Source: Raja brachyura
Lineage: Eukaryota
Length of the DNA stretch: 64,000 bases
Reading direction: 5' to 3'
Assembly: GCA_963514005.1 (NCBI GenBank)
Contig: OY740789.1
Location: forward strand, 28,148,001 to 28,212,000
The position numbers and the translations under genes are program-made. Positions 1 to 13,066 of this stretch are shown piece by piece. The notes under the pieces are model-generated. The model made no database searches. It was not told the origin of the DNA and saw only the letters and a program-made list of their open reading frames with translations. The number at the start of each line of letters is the position of its first letter. Positions within the stretch are counted from its first letter, which is position 1.

Positions 1-3000
1 TGACTATTTCCTTGTAGATATAAAGCTAATTCCATACATCTATAACTCTAAATACCACAGTATCATTATTTCAGATCACGCTCCATTAACATTTAATATT
101 AAATTTAATGATAACATGAAAATACGAGGACAATGGAGACTTAATCCACAAATTTTGAAGGATAAATCAACTAATGAATATATTATAAAGCAGATTAAGA
201 CTTTTTTTGAAATAAACAATAAACCAGAAATATCTCCATCCCTACTATGGGAAACTTTTAAAGCTTTTACTCGTGGAATTATGATATCTTCACAAGCATT
301 TCACAACAAAGAAAAGCGGAAGGAACAATATATTCTGGAAACGGAGATAAAACAATTAGATATAGAAAATGCTCTCAACCCTACAATGATAACACATAAT
401 AAAATTACTGCATTAAAATATAAATTAAATAAGATATATGCTGACCAAGTGGTTAAATTATATCAATACACAAAACAAATACAACTTGAATTTGGGGACA
501 AACCACAAAAATTACTGGCTCGCCAATTACGAAAAATACAGGGAGAAAAAATAATACATCGGATTAAATCAGAAAATGGTGAATTCTTAACACAGAATAA
601 CGATATTAATGAGAGATTTTTACAATATTATAAAGATTTATATTCTTCCAAAACGACTGAAAATCAGATAGGAATTAATACATTCTTAAATGACTGTAAT
701 CTAATAGGATTGGGTGTAGATGATACAAAACTATTAAATGCTGAATTAACAGTTAAAGAAATTGAGGATTCTATTATATCATTAAAAAACGGGAAAACTC
801 CAGGACCAGATGGTATTGGTTCGGAATTTTATAAATCATACACGGATCTGATAACACCTTATTTGAAGACACTTTACGAATATATATATGCGCAACAGAG
901 GTTACCAGAAACACTAAACGAATCCATTATAACACTCATACCAAAAATGGATAAAGACCTAGATGATCCGGGATCATATAGAGCTATTGCTCTCTTAAAT
1001 ACGGATCAAAAGATATTAACTAAAATATTAGCTAAAAGATTAAGTGTAGTGATTAATAAAATAATACACCCGGATCAAACAGGATTTATACCTAAACGAT
1101 ACTCATCATATAACCTGAGACGATTGTTTAATATTATATACTCGAAAAGGAGTTATAATAAAGACTTAGTAATAATATCGTTAGATGCAGAGAAAGCCTT
1201 TGACCAAGTTGAATGGCCATATTTATTTGCGGTTATGGAAAAGTTAAATTTGGGAGACAAGTTTATAAAATGGATCAAATTACTATATACTAATCCAACT
1301 GCTAAAATCTTAACCAATCAAATGATATCTACCAAATTTAATTTATTGCGAGGATGCAGACAAGGTTGTCCCCTATCACCATTGTTATTTGCGTTGGCTA
1401 TAGAACCATTAGCCATTCGGGTAAGATTACACCCCGAGATTTTTGGATATGAAACTAACGAAACAAGAAATAAAATTTCTCTATATGCAGATGACGTATT
1501 ATTATATATTAAAAAACCTGAAATTAGCATACCTAATTTATTGAATTTAATAACTCAATTCGGCTTGTTTTCTGGATACAGAATCAATTGGAATAAAAGT
1601 GAACTTATGCCATTAACACAAGATAATTTAACTACATTAAAACAATTTCCTTTTAAGATTGTTAATGAACAGATTAAGTATTTAGGAATTCACGTTACAA
1701 AAAAAATGATTCTTTATTTAAATATAATTTTTTACCTATACTAAATAAATTATCTAAGAATATTTTATATTGGAGAACACTACCTATCTCAATGATAGGT
1801 AGAATTAATGCGATAAAAATGATTTTTCTCCCACAATTATTATATTTATTTCAAATGATCCCGATATATCTTTCTAAGAATTTTTTTAAAAAGGTTGACT
1901 CTATAGTCACTAATTTTATTTGGGACTATAAAAGCCATAGAATAAATAAAAAATATTTATGTAAATCGAAAATTAATGGAGGTTTAACATTACCTAATTT
2001 TATATATTATTACTGGTCAGTTAGTATTAAGAATATGAACTTTTGGTGGGTTGAACTGGATGAAAATCCAAACTGGTTACTTATGGAAAAGGAAGACTGC
2101 TTACCGTATGAAATCAGTTCCATATTATTTTCTAAAATTAAAATATTTAAGAAAATTTATCGTGAAAACCCAATAATTAATAGTGAAATTAATATTTGGA
2201 GACAGTTAAAAAGAACGTTAAAACTAGAAGATATCCCATTAGTTCTTCCCATCGCTAATAATGTAAGTTTTAAACCATCCCTGGAAAATTTAGGATTCTT
2301 ACAATGGAAAAATAAAGGGATTAATAAGATCAGTGACCTCTACAGGGACAATCTGTATCTTTCATTTAAAGAAATACAGGAAATATATGGACTACACTCT
2401 AAACACTACTTCAGATATCTACAAATAACTGACTACATTAAAACAACTGCACAGGAATATAAAAAGAGAAAGACGGGAATTCTAGATGAATGCTTAAATA
2501 AACACCCAAACACAGAAAAATTAATATCATACATTTATAATATTTTATTAGAAAATGATATACCCAATACGGAAAAGTACAGACAACTATGGGAAAATGA
2601 AATAGGTGAAACAATCGAACCCGATATCTGGGATGAAAGTTTACGATATATACATAATTGTTCATTAAATTCTAGACACTCTCTGATACAATTCAAAGTT
2701 TTACATAGATTGCATTTTTCAAAATCTAAATTACATAGAATGTTTTCTAATGTATCTCCTATATGTGACAAATGCCAATACCCAGAAGCTAATTTAACAC
2801 ATTCTTTTACAACTTGTATAAAAATTACGAATTTTTGGTTGGAAATATTTAAGGTAATCTTGAATGTTGTAAATAAGAATCTAGTTCCAGACTCAAAATT
2901 AATAATATTGGGAATATTAGAAAGGGATCAATTACTCACGACAGCACAAAGAACTTTCATAGATTATAGTTTAATAATTGGTAAAAAATTAATTTTACAA

Positions 3001-3508
3001 TTTTGGAAAGGCCCCATACCCCCTACAATCAAATTGTGGATTTCAGGAATGGCTGAGACTTTACACTTGGAAAGAATAAGACTTGCACTTTTAGGCAAGT
3101 TAGACCAATTTAATCTGATTTGGTCTCCATTCCTTGAATATCTTAAGGGACCAATATGACTCGGTTTGTGGACCTGATCGAGACCTGAACGAAGGATTGA
3201 ACGAAGAATAATACATTATTGATCACGGATATATTATTATATAAATACTGTTTGTATAATATACCACTGTCATTTTATTTACTTTTCCCTTTTGGTTATT
3301 TTATAACTATTTTTATGTTATCCATTCTTCACATTTCCCTACTTTTCACTAAAAAAAACTACAATAAAATGTTTAGAAGTATATATAAGAAAATATGGTA
3401 ATTATTACCTATCTCTTTATCAAGAACGTTGTTTTTATATGTACTTATATTTGTACTTACATCTGTACTTATACTTCTAATAAAAATTATTCAGTAAAAA
3501 AAAAAAAC
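1..3508 (+). mobile_element. L1-clade LINE: ORF2, 3' UTR and poly(A); 5' part lies outside the window
   Basis: End of APE endonuclease (DYFLVD..., SDHAP at 1-85); RT motifs PGPDG, YRAIALLN, DAEKAFD, RQGCPLSP, YADD, YLG; C-terminal CDKC..H...C; aataaa at about 3479 and an A-tail at about 3497-3508. Confidence 0.95.
116..3159 (+). CDS. L1 ORF2 (EN-RT-CCHC), split into ORFs 116-1744 and 1792-3159 by one frameshift in the A-run at about 1699-1706
   Basis: Adding one base after YLGIHVTKK gives continuous L1-like sequence DSLFKYNFLPIL...WRTLPISMIGRIN. Confidence 0.9.
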
Positions 3509-4718
3509 AACGCCAGGAGTGCGCTGTCATTCTACCTCAATATTAAGGTAGGATCCAACAGGCTGGTGTCCAGACTCATGTGGGGAATATTCAATTCGAA
3601 TCCGCCCAGACCATGCTATAATATCACCTGGAATATCGGGGAAATACTCACCCTGCTCAGGACGTGGTCGCCCATGGAGGGCCTGGAGCTGGACAAACTC
3701 ACCCTGAAGCTGGTGATGTTACTGGCACTGACTTCAGCGCAGAGGGTACAGACACTCCACACAATCCAGATCGACAGGATGATCTCTACCCCTGCAGAAG
3801 TAGTCTTCGTCATAGACGAGCTACTCAAGCAGCATAGACCTGGGTGCACAGGGCTGCAGCTGAAGGTCCTGGCATACCCCGCTGATGCAAGGCTATGTTT
3901 AGCCGCCCATATCCGTCACTATGTGAAAGTGATGAAAAAACTGAAGGAATGGAGAAACCTCACCATAGAGTGACGGTCCAGACGATATCCAGGTGGCTCA
4001 GGATCGTCTTGGGTAAGTCACGTGTTAACACTAATATCTTCAAATCCCATTCCACCAGGGCATGCATCAACGTCGGCAGCAAGGGTCATGGAGGTGCCCA
4101 TGGACCATATTCTTGCCACAGTAGGATGGCGAACGAAGCCACCTTCCAGCGGTTCTACAATACATCTGTTGCCGCTCCTCTACAGTTCGCGGAGGCCGTG
4201 CTGAATGAAGGTCAAGAACGTGTAGATGTCCCCGACTGAGGGGTTTTCTTTTGTTGTTAACTAATGTGGCTCTTGTTTTTCAGTACGAGCAGTCTGGAAA
4301 GTTGATTACTCCTATCCATCCTCATAAGTGGTGTGTGACAGCATGGACGTGGTCCAGGGCATGGAATCACAGAGCTTTGAAGTCTTCACGAAGTCACTCA
4401 CGTGACTCCGAAATGAAATAGTAAGATTGAACGAGAACTTACCAGTTCGAAGGTTGATTTTTATTTCATGAGGAGTTGCAATGAGAGATTTCATGCCCTC
4501 CGCTCCCAACCCTCGATCATAATCAACTGGTAATTAGAGTCTCTTCAATCTTACTATGCCAAGTCATTTCTGTTGTTGTTTTCTGTGATTCCACACCGCT
4601 ACTTTGAAGAATGTCGCGCATGCGTGCTGGCGGGTTCTTCACGAAATCCCTCATCGCAACTCCTCATGAAATAAAGATCAACCTTCGAACTGGTAAGTTC
4701 TCGTTCAATCTTACTATT
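3509..4718 (+). mobile_element. DIRS retrotransposon 3' part (degenerate YR gene, ICR, right ITR), interrupted upstream by the L1
   Basis: ARSALS...PPRP...LTSAQR...HSTRA...FQRFY; ICR at about 4384-4495; right end ...aatcttactATT at 4716-4718, homologous to 30427-30753. Confidence 0.92.
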
Positions 4719-5680
4719 CTAATCTATAGCAGCGTTGGTTGCTTCCAATTTGGGGATATTGGTGCGCTGTGTGCAGCCACGGCAATGGTGCGCACTGGTC
4801 CACACAACAGTCAAGTAAATCTGCAGGCAGTACAAAGTTGACTGAGCAAATGCTCCCATGTGGCATTGTGAGGTGAATGAGGTTCACCTATGACCACACT
4901 TGATCAGCCATTTGAATACTGCCTCAGTAGTACCTTGTTTGTTTTCTGTTACGAGCAAGTGGATTTTATTAAAGGCCACTGGTTTTCACTTGCTGGACTC
5001 CCACAGTCTTTTCACCACTGCAAGGCACAAATCTGGAGTGTGATGGAATATGTTACCCTTGCTTTAACGAGTGGAGTTCCAACCTGAACCAAGAAGCTCA
5101 AAGCCTTTAAAGGCTATTGTCTATTTCCACAGTGCTTTTTTTCTGAGGAGCAGAAAGGCAGAAATAATGAGATTTTCATATCTTCCTCCTTGTGTTTTTT
5201 GGCCAATCCAATTATCCCTTTCAATCTATGTAAGATAATCCTCGGATTCTGACAAACTCATTTTGCTGTAGATTTACGAAGATTTGAATGTCCTCCCACT
5301 AAATTATTTCCAAAACAAATCAGCAAATATCATTCAGGCACAAGATTTGGGAAGCGACCCTTCTATTTTTTAATATTTGTAATCTTCCACTGATTTGTTG
5401 GGAGATAGATTTCTAATGGTCATTTTTGGTCAAGCTACCAAAAGGAATAAATCATATTGATATTATTGGCAATCATCACCATTATTTTGCACACCCATAA
5501 AAATATTTTGTAGATCTCACTGAATACGTTTCATAGAAACAAGATATCTATTCCGTGAATCGTCCTTTTACAATTCACCTTCCTCTTTTACAGGTTTCAT
5601 TCTTTAATGGTCTGGAAAGCTTGTAATTATTCACTGGTGTCTGAGACAACCTTGAGTACCTTCGATCACCATTGCAACTT

Positions 5681-7040
5681 AGGGCGGCACGGTGGCGCAG
5701 CGGTCTCCAGTGCCAGAGACCCCGGTTCGATCATAACTAAGGGTGCTTCTCTTCAGATTTTGTACATTCTCCCCGTGACCTGCATGAGTTTTCTCCAGGA
5801 TCTCCGGTTTCCTCACACAATCCAAAGATGTACACATTTGTAAGCTAATTGACTTGGTATAATTGTAAATTCTCCCTAGTGTGTAGGTATGTTACAAAAC
5901 CTACCTTCAGCGGCACTGCAGTTCTATCACTGGCCGTATGCACGCCTTTGGCGCCTTTGAGGGGGTGGGGGAGGGGGGCAGGGTTAAAATGCGGTTTTCC
6001 CTTGCCATCCGGAATTATATTTTCTCGGAGTGCGAGCTTTTGCGAAAGATTCTTTCCGACTGCCGGTAAGTGCAAATTTTTTTTTAAAATGGCCCGACTA
6101 TTTCATCGCTGGAGTAAAATAAAAATTTGCTTCTAATGCCATGAATGCCGACAACGGGGACGGATTTTACATAGGGGACAGGTAAATGAAAGCTGTTTAT
6201 TTTTTCATATAAACTTGCTTGTTTAGATGACCTTTATCAAAATTTCATGTTGCAAAACGGTGATTTACTCCCCATACGAACCGGCAGTATTTTTCCTGCC
6301 AATATGGGGTTTAAATTCACCGCAACCACATCGTTCCAATCCATCGTATTCCATAAAATCCCACTCGCAAGCTGATTTAAATGGCCATTCATTTACGGGC
6401 ATTAAACACTAAATTCCTTCAATTTGGCCTATAAATTCATAACAATGAGATTTAAAAATCATGTTATATTGTGAATTCTTGTGTGAATATTATTTGGACA
6501 CTTAGGCTTTTTAAAAAATGTTAATATTTTCTCAAGAAATTGATAGATGTTTAGATCTAGTAATTGAATTTTGTAATTAGCTACAATTGGGTAACTAACT
6601 AATTATACGTGTTACTTTCAGGTCATCCAAGTAAGATTGTTTCAGATTTGTTTCAGAATGCTTCAATCTATAATAACTGAAAATTTCTTTCAGTTCTCTT
6701 AATTTTTAAGAAAGTTATGGGCTTTTTACTGTCCTCGATCACAACTTTTGTGTTAAGTCAATGGAAAAGCAATAGGGAATAAGATGCTAATTTCCGAGTA
6801 TGAAAATGGCCATAATGTTTTTAATACTGAAGATTTGAAAGTGAATTAGGTGTCAAATTAAACTTCTTTTTATGCTTTATCTGATGGGATAAATTGCAGA
6901 CTTGATTTTTTAAATCTCAAAATGTTGTAACATTGCTATAGTGTGTGTAGGATAGTGTTAGTGTGTGGGGATGCTGGTCTTGGTGGGCTGAAGTGCCTGT
7001 TTCCGTGCCTCATCTCCAAACTAATCTAAAATAAACTAAA
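5681..7040 (+). mobile_element. HE1-like V-SINE (tRNA-derived head) split by a DNA transposon
   Basis: A box ggtggcgcagcgg, B box ggttcgatc, V-domain ctccggtttcctc, (taaac)n tail; halves at 5681-5883 and 6939-7040. Confidence 0.85.
5884..6938. mobile_element. Non-autonomous TIR DNA transposon (TAG...CTA termini, hAT-like), about 1055 bp
   Basis: Imperfect TIR taggtatgttacaa / ttgtaacattgcta; direct repeat tagtgtg at 5877-5883 and 6939-6945; no ORF. Confidence 0.8.
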
Positions 7041-7272
7041 TGTATCCAACCATGGGGAACCTATGTGCAATGTCTGATACTCAATAAAGGTTTAAGAGGA
7101 ATACACTGAATTATCAATCAACACATGAAAGGACATGCTAATTAGGAAATTGTGCATTTTAGGGTTGATTCTTTGAATGCTTGTCTGTATAGATGGAGGA
7201 TTGAGGATCAAGCACCATTAGGTTTTGGTTACCTGCACAAGGCTATGGAGCATGCAGTTAGGCCAGCCTAAT

Positions 7273-7567
7273 TAGTTTTGTTTAGAGATAGTGTGGAAAC
7301 AGCCCTTCGCCCCACCAAGTCTGCACCAACCAGCGATCCCATCACACTAACACTATCCTAAGCACACTAAGAACAATTTTACACATACATCAAGCTAATT
7401 AACCTAAAAACCTGTACATCTTTGGAGTGTGGGAGGAAACCAAAGATCTCGGAGAAAACCCATGTGGTCACGGGGAGAATGTACAAATTCTGTACAGACA
7501 ACACCCGTAGTCGGGATCAAACCCTGTAAGGCAGAAACTCTACCATTCTGTGCCACTATGCCACCCT
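7273..7567 (-). mobile_element. HE1-like V-SINE
   Basis: Reverse complement of the same SINE consensus (ggagtgtgggaggaaacc, cgggatcaaaccc, ctgtgccac). Confidence 0.85.
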
Positions 7568-7920
7568 GCAAAACAGATGTGCACAAGAACACGCTGCGGC
7601 TGTAGGGAATATACTGGTGTTGCTGCTGAGGGAGTGGAATGACTGTTGCAGGGATATGGGGGAAGGGGGGAGCAAGAGGGGTGTGGAGGGGGGGAGAAGA
7701 TTGTCCAATTCCAGACCTTGGTGACGTGGGATGAGTCTTTGGATTGCCAAATTGGCTACATAAAAGGGGCTGGGAGGCTGATTTAACTGTGAACAGAACA
7801 TGGGAGTCGGGAGGAAGGATTTGCCTCCTCCTCAAGGTCATTATCACCTGGTCTCTCCCCAAGACCATCATAATTTCCTTCCACATTCTGGGTTCTCTAA
7901 TTCAACAAAACCCAACCGAT

Positions 7921-8052
7921 GTGTAGGAAGGTACAGCAGATGCTGGTTCGAACCGAAGATAGACACAAGAAACCTGGAGTAACTCTGTGGGACAGGCAGC
8001 ATCTTTGGGGAGAAGGAATGGGTGACATTTCGGGTCGAGACCCTTCTTCTTC
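7921..8052 (-). mobile_element. Short Penelope-derived repeat with partial hammerhead motif
   Basis: ggtgacatttcgggtcgagacccttcttc; same family as the 3' end of the Penelope fragment at 21047-21140. Confidence 0.75.
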
Positions 8053-8944
8053 CTTCACTCTGAAAACTCAACCGATCAAGGATTAACCTGGGAACAGAAT
8101 AAATCAAAGTATGGCAGCTTCATAATGAAAGGAAACTGGAATATTCATTTGCTTAAATCCAGAACTGGTGGTTGGAGAGTTTGTCTTTTAAGCTTTTAAC
8201 ATTCCATCGCATCTTAACCATTACTTTCAACGGTTATGGTTCAACAGCTGGTTTTGCCTGAATTTTGGTTAAATATTAAAAAAAAACAGAACTGCAACTA
8301 ATTGTTGCCTCACTTAGGACATTAGTTAATTTGTTCTGTAGGCAGCTCATTTCTCTTTGTGCACACTGGTACACGAGATATTGTGGCCATAATTTTTCAG
8401 AATTATATTCTGTTCAGTAAAACTACCCACTCCCTGTATTATTTATTGATATTTTGCAACTTGCATTGCAAAAAGTTTGCCCACATTACAAATGTTCACG
8501 GTTTTTGCAACATCATTGTCAGAATGGTTTCCGAGGATTGAAACCAAAGGAAAATGAAACGTATCATAAATAGAATCATGCGTTCTGCTTCATTCCATCG
8601 TGCAGAGGATTTTAATAAGATATTTTAAATCACTGACTCACTCTCGTGATTCAAGGTTCTAGCTGATGCCATTACGTGAAGTATTGCTGCAGATTCAAAG
8701 GCAGACGGAGGAAATGGTGTTTCTACTTGCCTTTAAATTTACTTGGCATTGCAGGGTATTGCTGTATTATGCGAATGACTTGAGTCTCAGATAGATTAGA
8801 GTCAGCAACTGGAATATTTTAAAGTAAAACTATTATTTCAGAACATTCACAGCCTTCAGGTTTTCCTGGTTGAGTGTAAAAAGCAATTTCACCCCAAGAC
8901 ACTGAAATGAAGATTTTGGTTGTGTCTGTTTTTAGGTTATTCTT

Positions 8945-9092
8945 GAGGTTCAGGAGCAGCTTCTTCCCCACAGCCATTCGGCTACTAAACACTACAACCT
9001 CAAATAAGCTCTGAACTACATAGTCTATAATTGTTATTATTGCACTATTATTGGGTTTTTTGTGTGTGTATGTATGTGTGCATATATATATA

Positions 9093-9152
<60 letters not shown>

Positions 9153-9250
9153 CACAAAAGGCTGGAGAAACTCAGCAGGTGCAGCAGCATCTAAGGAGCG
9201 AAGGAGATAGGCGACGTTTCGGGTCGAGACCCTTCTTCAGACATATATAT

Positions 9251-9298
<48 letters not shown>

Positions 9299-9430
9299 CA
9301 CACAGTGATCTTTTTTTTCTCTCGTTATTATATTGTTTACAGTGTACTATGTTTACATTCTGTTGTGCTGCTTGCAGTAAGAATTTCAGTGTTCTATCTG
9401 GGACATATGACAATAAAACACTCTTGCCTC
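8945..9430 (+). mobile_element. Rex1/Babar-like LINE 3' tail containing (TA)n and (TG)n microsatellites and a nested Penelope-derived repeat
   Basis: aggttcaggagcagcttcttccccacagccat...tgacaataaaacactcttg matches 18950-19190. Confidence 0.8.
9213..9240 (-). ncRNA. Minimal hammerhead ribozyme core (Penelope type)
   Basis: Minus strand reads CUGAAGA-A-GGGUC-UC-GACCC-GAAAC-GUC. Confidence 0.65.
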
Positions 9431-9794
9431 TCAACAGTTTGTGTCAGGAGTGAAATGCCTGAGGATTTGGCTGCTTGCCTGGCTTGTATAGCCATCAACT
9501 TTGGGGCAAGTGACCCTTGATAATCACTCTTGTGTCGACCCCTCATCAGTGAGTGCAAACACATGATCAATTGGGGGGGAATTTCTTCCCCCTCCAGCTC
9601 TAAACACACATATGTTTAATAAAAGTTCAGCCACCTTTTGTCACTGCCTTGGCATTCAATGAAGATTCATGAATGGAGCAGGCCTGGTGTTTGCTGAACT
9701 TATCAGCTTCAAATTTTGGGGGACATAATTTGGGGGACCTGGAGCAGACATTAACAATGTGCTTAAACATTTAAGGCTTCTAATACTTCATCTT

Positions 9795-10393
9795 CTGCAG
9801 TTGTTTAGAGCTCTGGTGAGACCACATCTGGAGTATTGTGTACAGTTTTGGTCTCCTAATTTGAGGAAGGACATCCCTGTGATTGAGGCAGTGCAGCGTA
9901 GGTCCACAAGATTGATCCCTGGGGTGGCGGGACTGTCATATGAGGAAAGATTGAAAAGACTAGGCTTGTAGTCACTGGAATTTAGAAGGACGAGGGGGAA
10001 TCTTATAGAAACATATAAAATTATAAAAGGACTGGACAAGTTAGATGCAGGAATAATGTTCCCAATGTTGGGCGAGTCCAGAACCAGGGTCCACAATCTT
10101 GGCATAAAGGGGAAGCCATTTAAGACTGAGGTGAGAAAAAACTTTTTCATCCAGAGACTTGTCAATTGGTGGAATTCCCTGCTACGGAGGGCAGTGGAGG
10201 CCAAGTCATTGGATGGATTTAAGAGAGAGTTAGATATAGCTCGAGGGGCTAGTGGAATCAAGGGATATGGGGAGAAGGCAGGCATGGGTTATTGATTTGG
10301 GATGATCACCCATGATCACAATGAATGGCGGAGCTGGCTCAAAGGGCCGAATGGCCTCCTCTGTACCTATTTTCTATTTTTCCATGTTTCTAT
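9795..10393 (+). mobile_element. CR1 LINE 3' fragment
   Basis: [22 protein letters not shown], gggccgaatggcct hairpin tail and tttctat repeats. Confidence 0.92.
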
Positions 10394-11995
10394 CTAAGCA
10401 TCTTGTCTGGGTTGCTTGAAAAGTAGGGACCCATGTCTGTCACATGTTTATTCAGTTTAGATCTGCCCTTCTCCTAAACTCCCTGATGGAAGATCATCAC
10501 CTGGAATATTAACGCTGTTTAATACTTCCTCCATAGTTCCTAACGAACTTGCTGAGACATGGATTCTGCCCACAAAATCCAAACCAACCGCCACATATCT
10601 ATTGACACTGTTGTTTCTCTTGTTAGTTCGACAATGTTAGCCCATTAACCTCCTCACTTGCGCATCTTTAAGTTGTGGGAGGAAATCAGAGCACCGAGCG
10701 GAAACCCACACAGTCACAGGGACAATGTGTGACGCCCGCACAATTAGCACAAAGGGCAAGATTGAGAGCAGATTCCCAGAGCTGTCAGGCAGCAGTTTAC
10801 CAGCCGCTACCTCCAGCATCTTGAGTTTTTATTCCACTTCTAAACAGATATCCTTGCATAATATCCAGCTCTACAAGAAATAATCAGCTTATTGCACCTC
10901 TGGTTCATTGCCAGCTATCTAAAGTCTGAATCCTTAATTCTACTAATGCTCAGAGTAGGGCTGCTGTTTTGTATTTTGTATTCACTCCTCCTCCTCCTCA
11001 CTGTGATGGAAGCCAAAGTAATTGTCACTCCCCTGTTTTCCATTCTTCTCGCGATGTTAGACAATGTTAGACATACATGTTTCCACTTCCATACTTATGT
11101 CATTCTTAGATGTGGAAGGCAGGGCGGATTAGGTCTAAGACATGGAGATTCTCAGCAATGATCTTTGATTGATCTAATGCAAAATGGTTCAATCATTTTG
11201 TTGGTTAGTTTTCAAGCTCTCATCAGGAGAAAGGAAAATATAATGAATGCCAGCTAAGGCTGGATTTCAATCTCACATCTTGTTTACAAATATCAGAACA
11301 TAGCTACTAGCAATTTTGCTTTATTTTAATAACTTCTGGCATGATCATAAAGGCTGATTAAAAATTTGAGGGCTGATTAAAAATCTGTGAAGGCAAACAA
11401 TCTGATTTAATGTTGAACAGGAACATGTGCTGAGATACAAGAACAATTTCAGTCAAACTAAACGTTGAAATATTGTAAAATCACTACATACTGCAATGCT
11501 GCAAATCGGAATGAAAAGTATAGAAAATGGTGCAAATACAATGTACCATCAAGTTACCATGGAGGTGGGGCACATGAAAATTGTTCAAATTAATACTCTA
11601 CATCACATATTAATGTACCGTGCAAAAACCTTGAAATTAATTGCCAAACTATATTTTATCGCCTTCTGAATTCAAGGAGAACTCTTTAAGCTTTTCAGTT
11701 TATGATTTAATGTCATTGAGGAACCAATGTTGAATCCTCGGAAGAATGTTACGATTTTCACCTTTTTCTAGGATTTTACATTTGAATTGAATTGAATTGA
11801 ATAGTTTATTTCAATGTTAGACATTTTTAGACATTGTTAGACAATGTTAGACATACATGTTTCCACTTCATACCTTTGTTGGAACAAATTCCTATCCAAC
11901 ATTGGGCTAGATGGAGTAGTAGAGTAGGTGCGTGAATCACAACTGGAACCACCTGTGGGGGACTGAGTGCAGATGTGCTGCAGGCTGCTGGGAGA

Positions 11996-12295
11996 CATGG
12001 GCGGAAATCCTGGGGGGGGGGGGGAAAGGGGGGCAGTCTCCCCATGTTTTGAGAGGTGGGGGACAATCCCCCTCATGTTTTGTGATCTGGGCGCTACAGT
12101 CAGTCCAGGTCGCCTGCGTGCCCCGGGACTGGCTGCAGTTACCAGGTCGCGAAAACTAACTGAAAAAAAATACGCCGGATGATTTTGGGTTACAGGCCGG
12201 ATCTGGCCCGTGGGCCGTAGGTTGCCGACCCCTGTCCTAACTGTTAGGCCTCACTGTGTCCCCCCCCCATGTTTTAAAAGCGATTTCCACCCACG
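11996..12295. mobile_element. Non-autonomous DNA transposon (hAT/P-like MITE) with 8-bp TSD and a nested hAT-Charlie-like right end
   Basis: TSD ctgggaga at 11988-11995 and 12296-12303; TIR catgggcggaaatc / gatttccacccacg; internal ggcccgtgggccgtaggttgccgacccctg. Confidence 0.8.
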
Positions 12296-12666
12296 CTGGG
12301 AGACAACAGGGAACAAAATCGCATCAGAACCCAGCGTGCAAATTACTGTTTTTTTTTGTTTTTGAAAAAAATGTTAGGAGATTGTTGAATCTGAGACAGG
12401 ATCTCCACCACTGAACCTAAAGTGCTGCTTTAATTAGTTTTGAGAAATTGAGAAAGCCAAGACCTTGAGAGTTGACATTGTAGATATGTCACCATCCACT
12501 TTAATGTAAACATATAGATGAGTATCAATGAGTTGAAAAGAAAGCTATTTATATTGCTACATGTTAAAAAAAGCAAAATAATATTGGTACAAACAAACTT
12601 TCTATGCCATTTTGTTTCAATCTATTGTGAGCCCTAACTTTCTTTCACTGGTCATACCTACACAAC

Positions 12667-13066
12667 TTTAGTTTTAGATTATAGTTTTTGAGATACAGAG
12701 CGGAAACAGGACCTTCAGCCCAACGATTCCGCACCGACAAGCGATCCCCGCACATTAACACACACTAGGGACAATTTACACATACACCATGCTAATTAAC
12801 CTACATACCTGTACGTCTTTGGAGTGTGGGAGGAAACTGAACATATCAGAGAAAAACTATGCAGTCATGGGGAGAATAGTTTAATTGTTTACCGTGTATC
12901 GTGTTGTTACTTGCGACCATGTATCCATTCTTGTCTAGTAAAATTTATTCAATTTAATTCAATTCAAACATACAAACTCCGTACAGACAGCACCCATATT
13001 CAGGATCGAACCCGGGACTCCGGCGCTGCAAGTGCTGTAAGGCAACAACTCTACCACTGCGCCACC
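12667..13066 (-). mobile_element. HE1-like V-SINE interrupted by a short LINE 3' tail (about 12877-12968, (ttcaa)n end)
   Basis: SINE consensus on both sides of the insert. Confidence 0.8.

Noticed and set aside
3395-3973. 192-aa ORF as a novel gene
   Set aside because: Chance fusion of the L1 3' UTR and poly(A) to a broken YR fragment
5681-5740. tRNA gene
   Set aside because: The A/B boxes belong to the SINE head and no complete cloverleaf is present; the same applies to the other SINE copies
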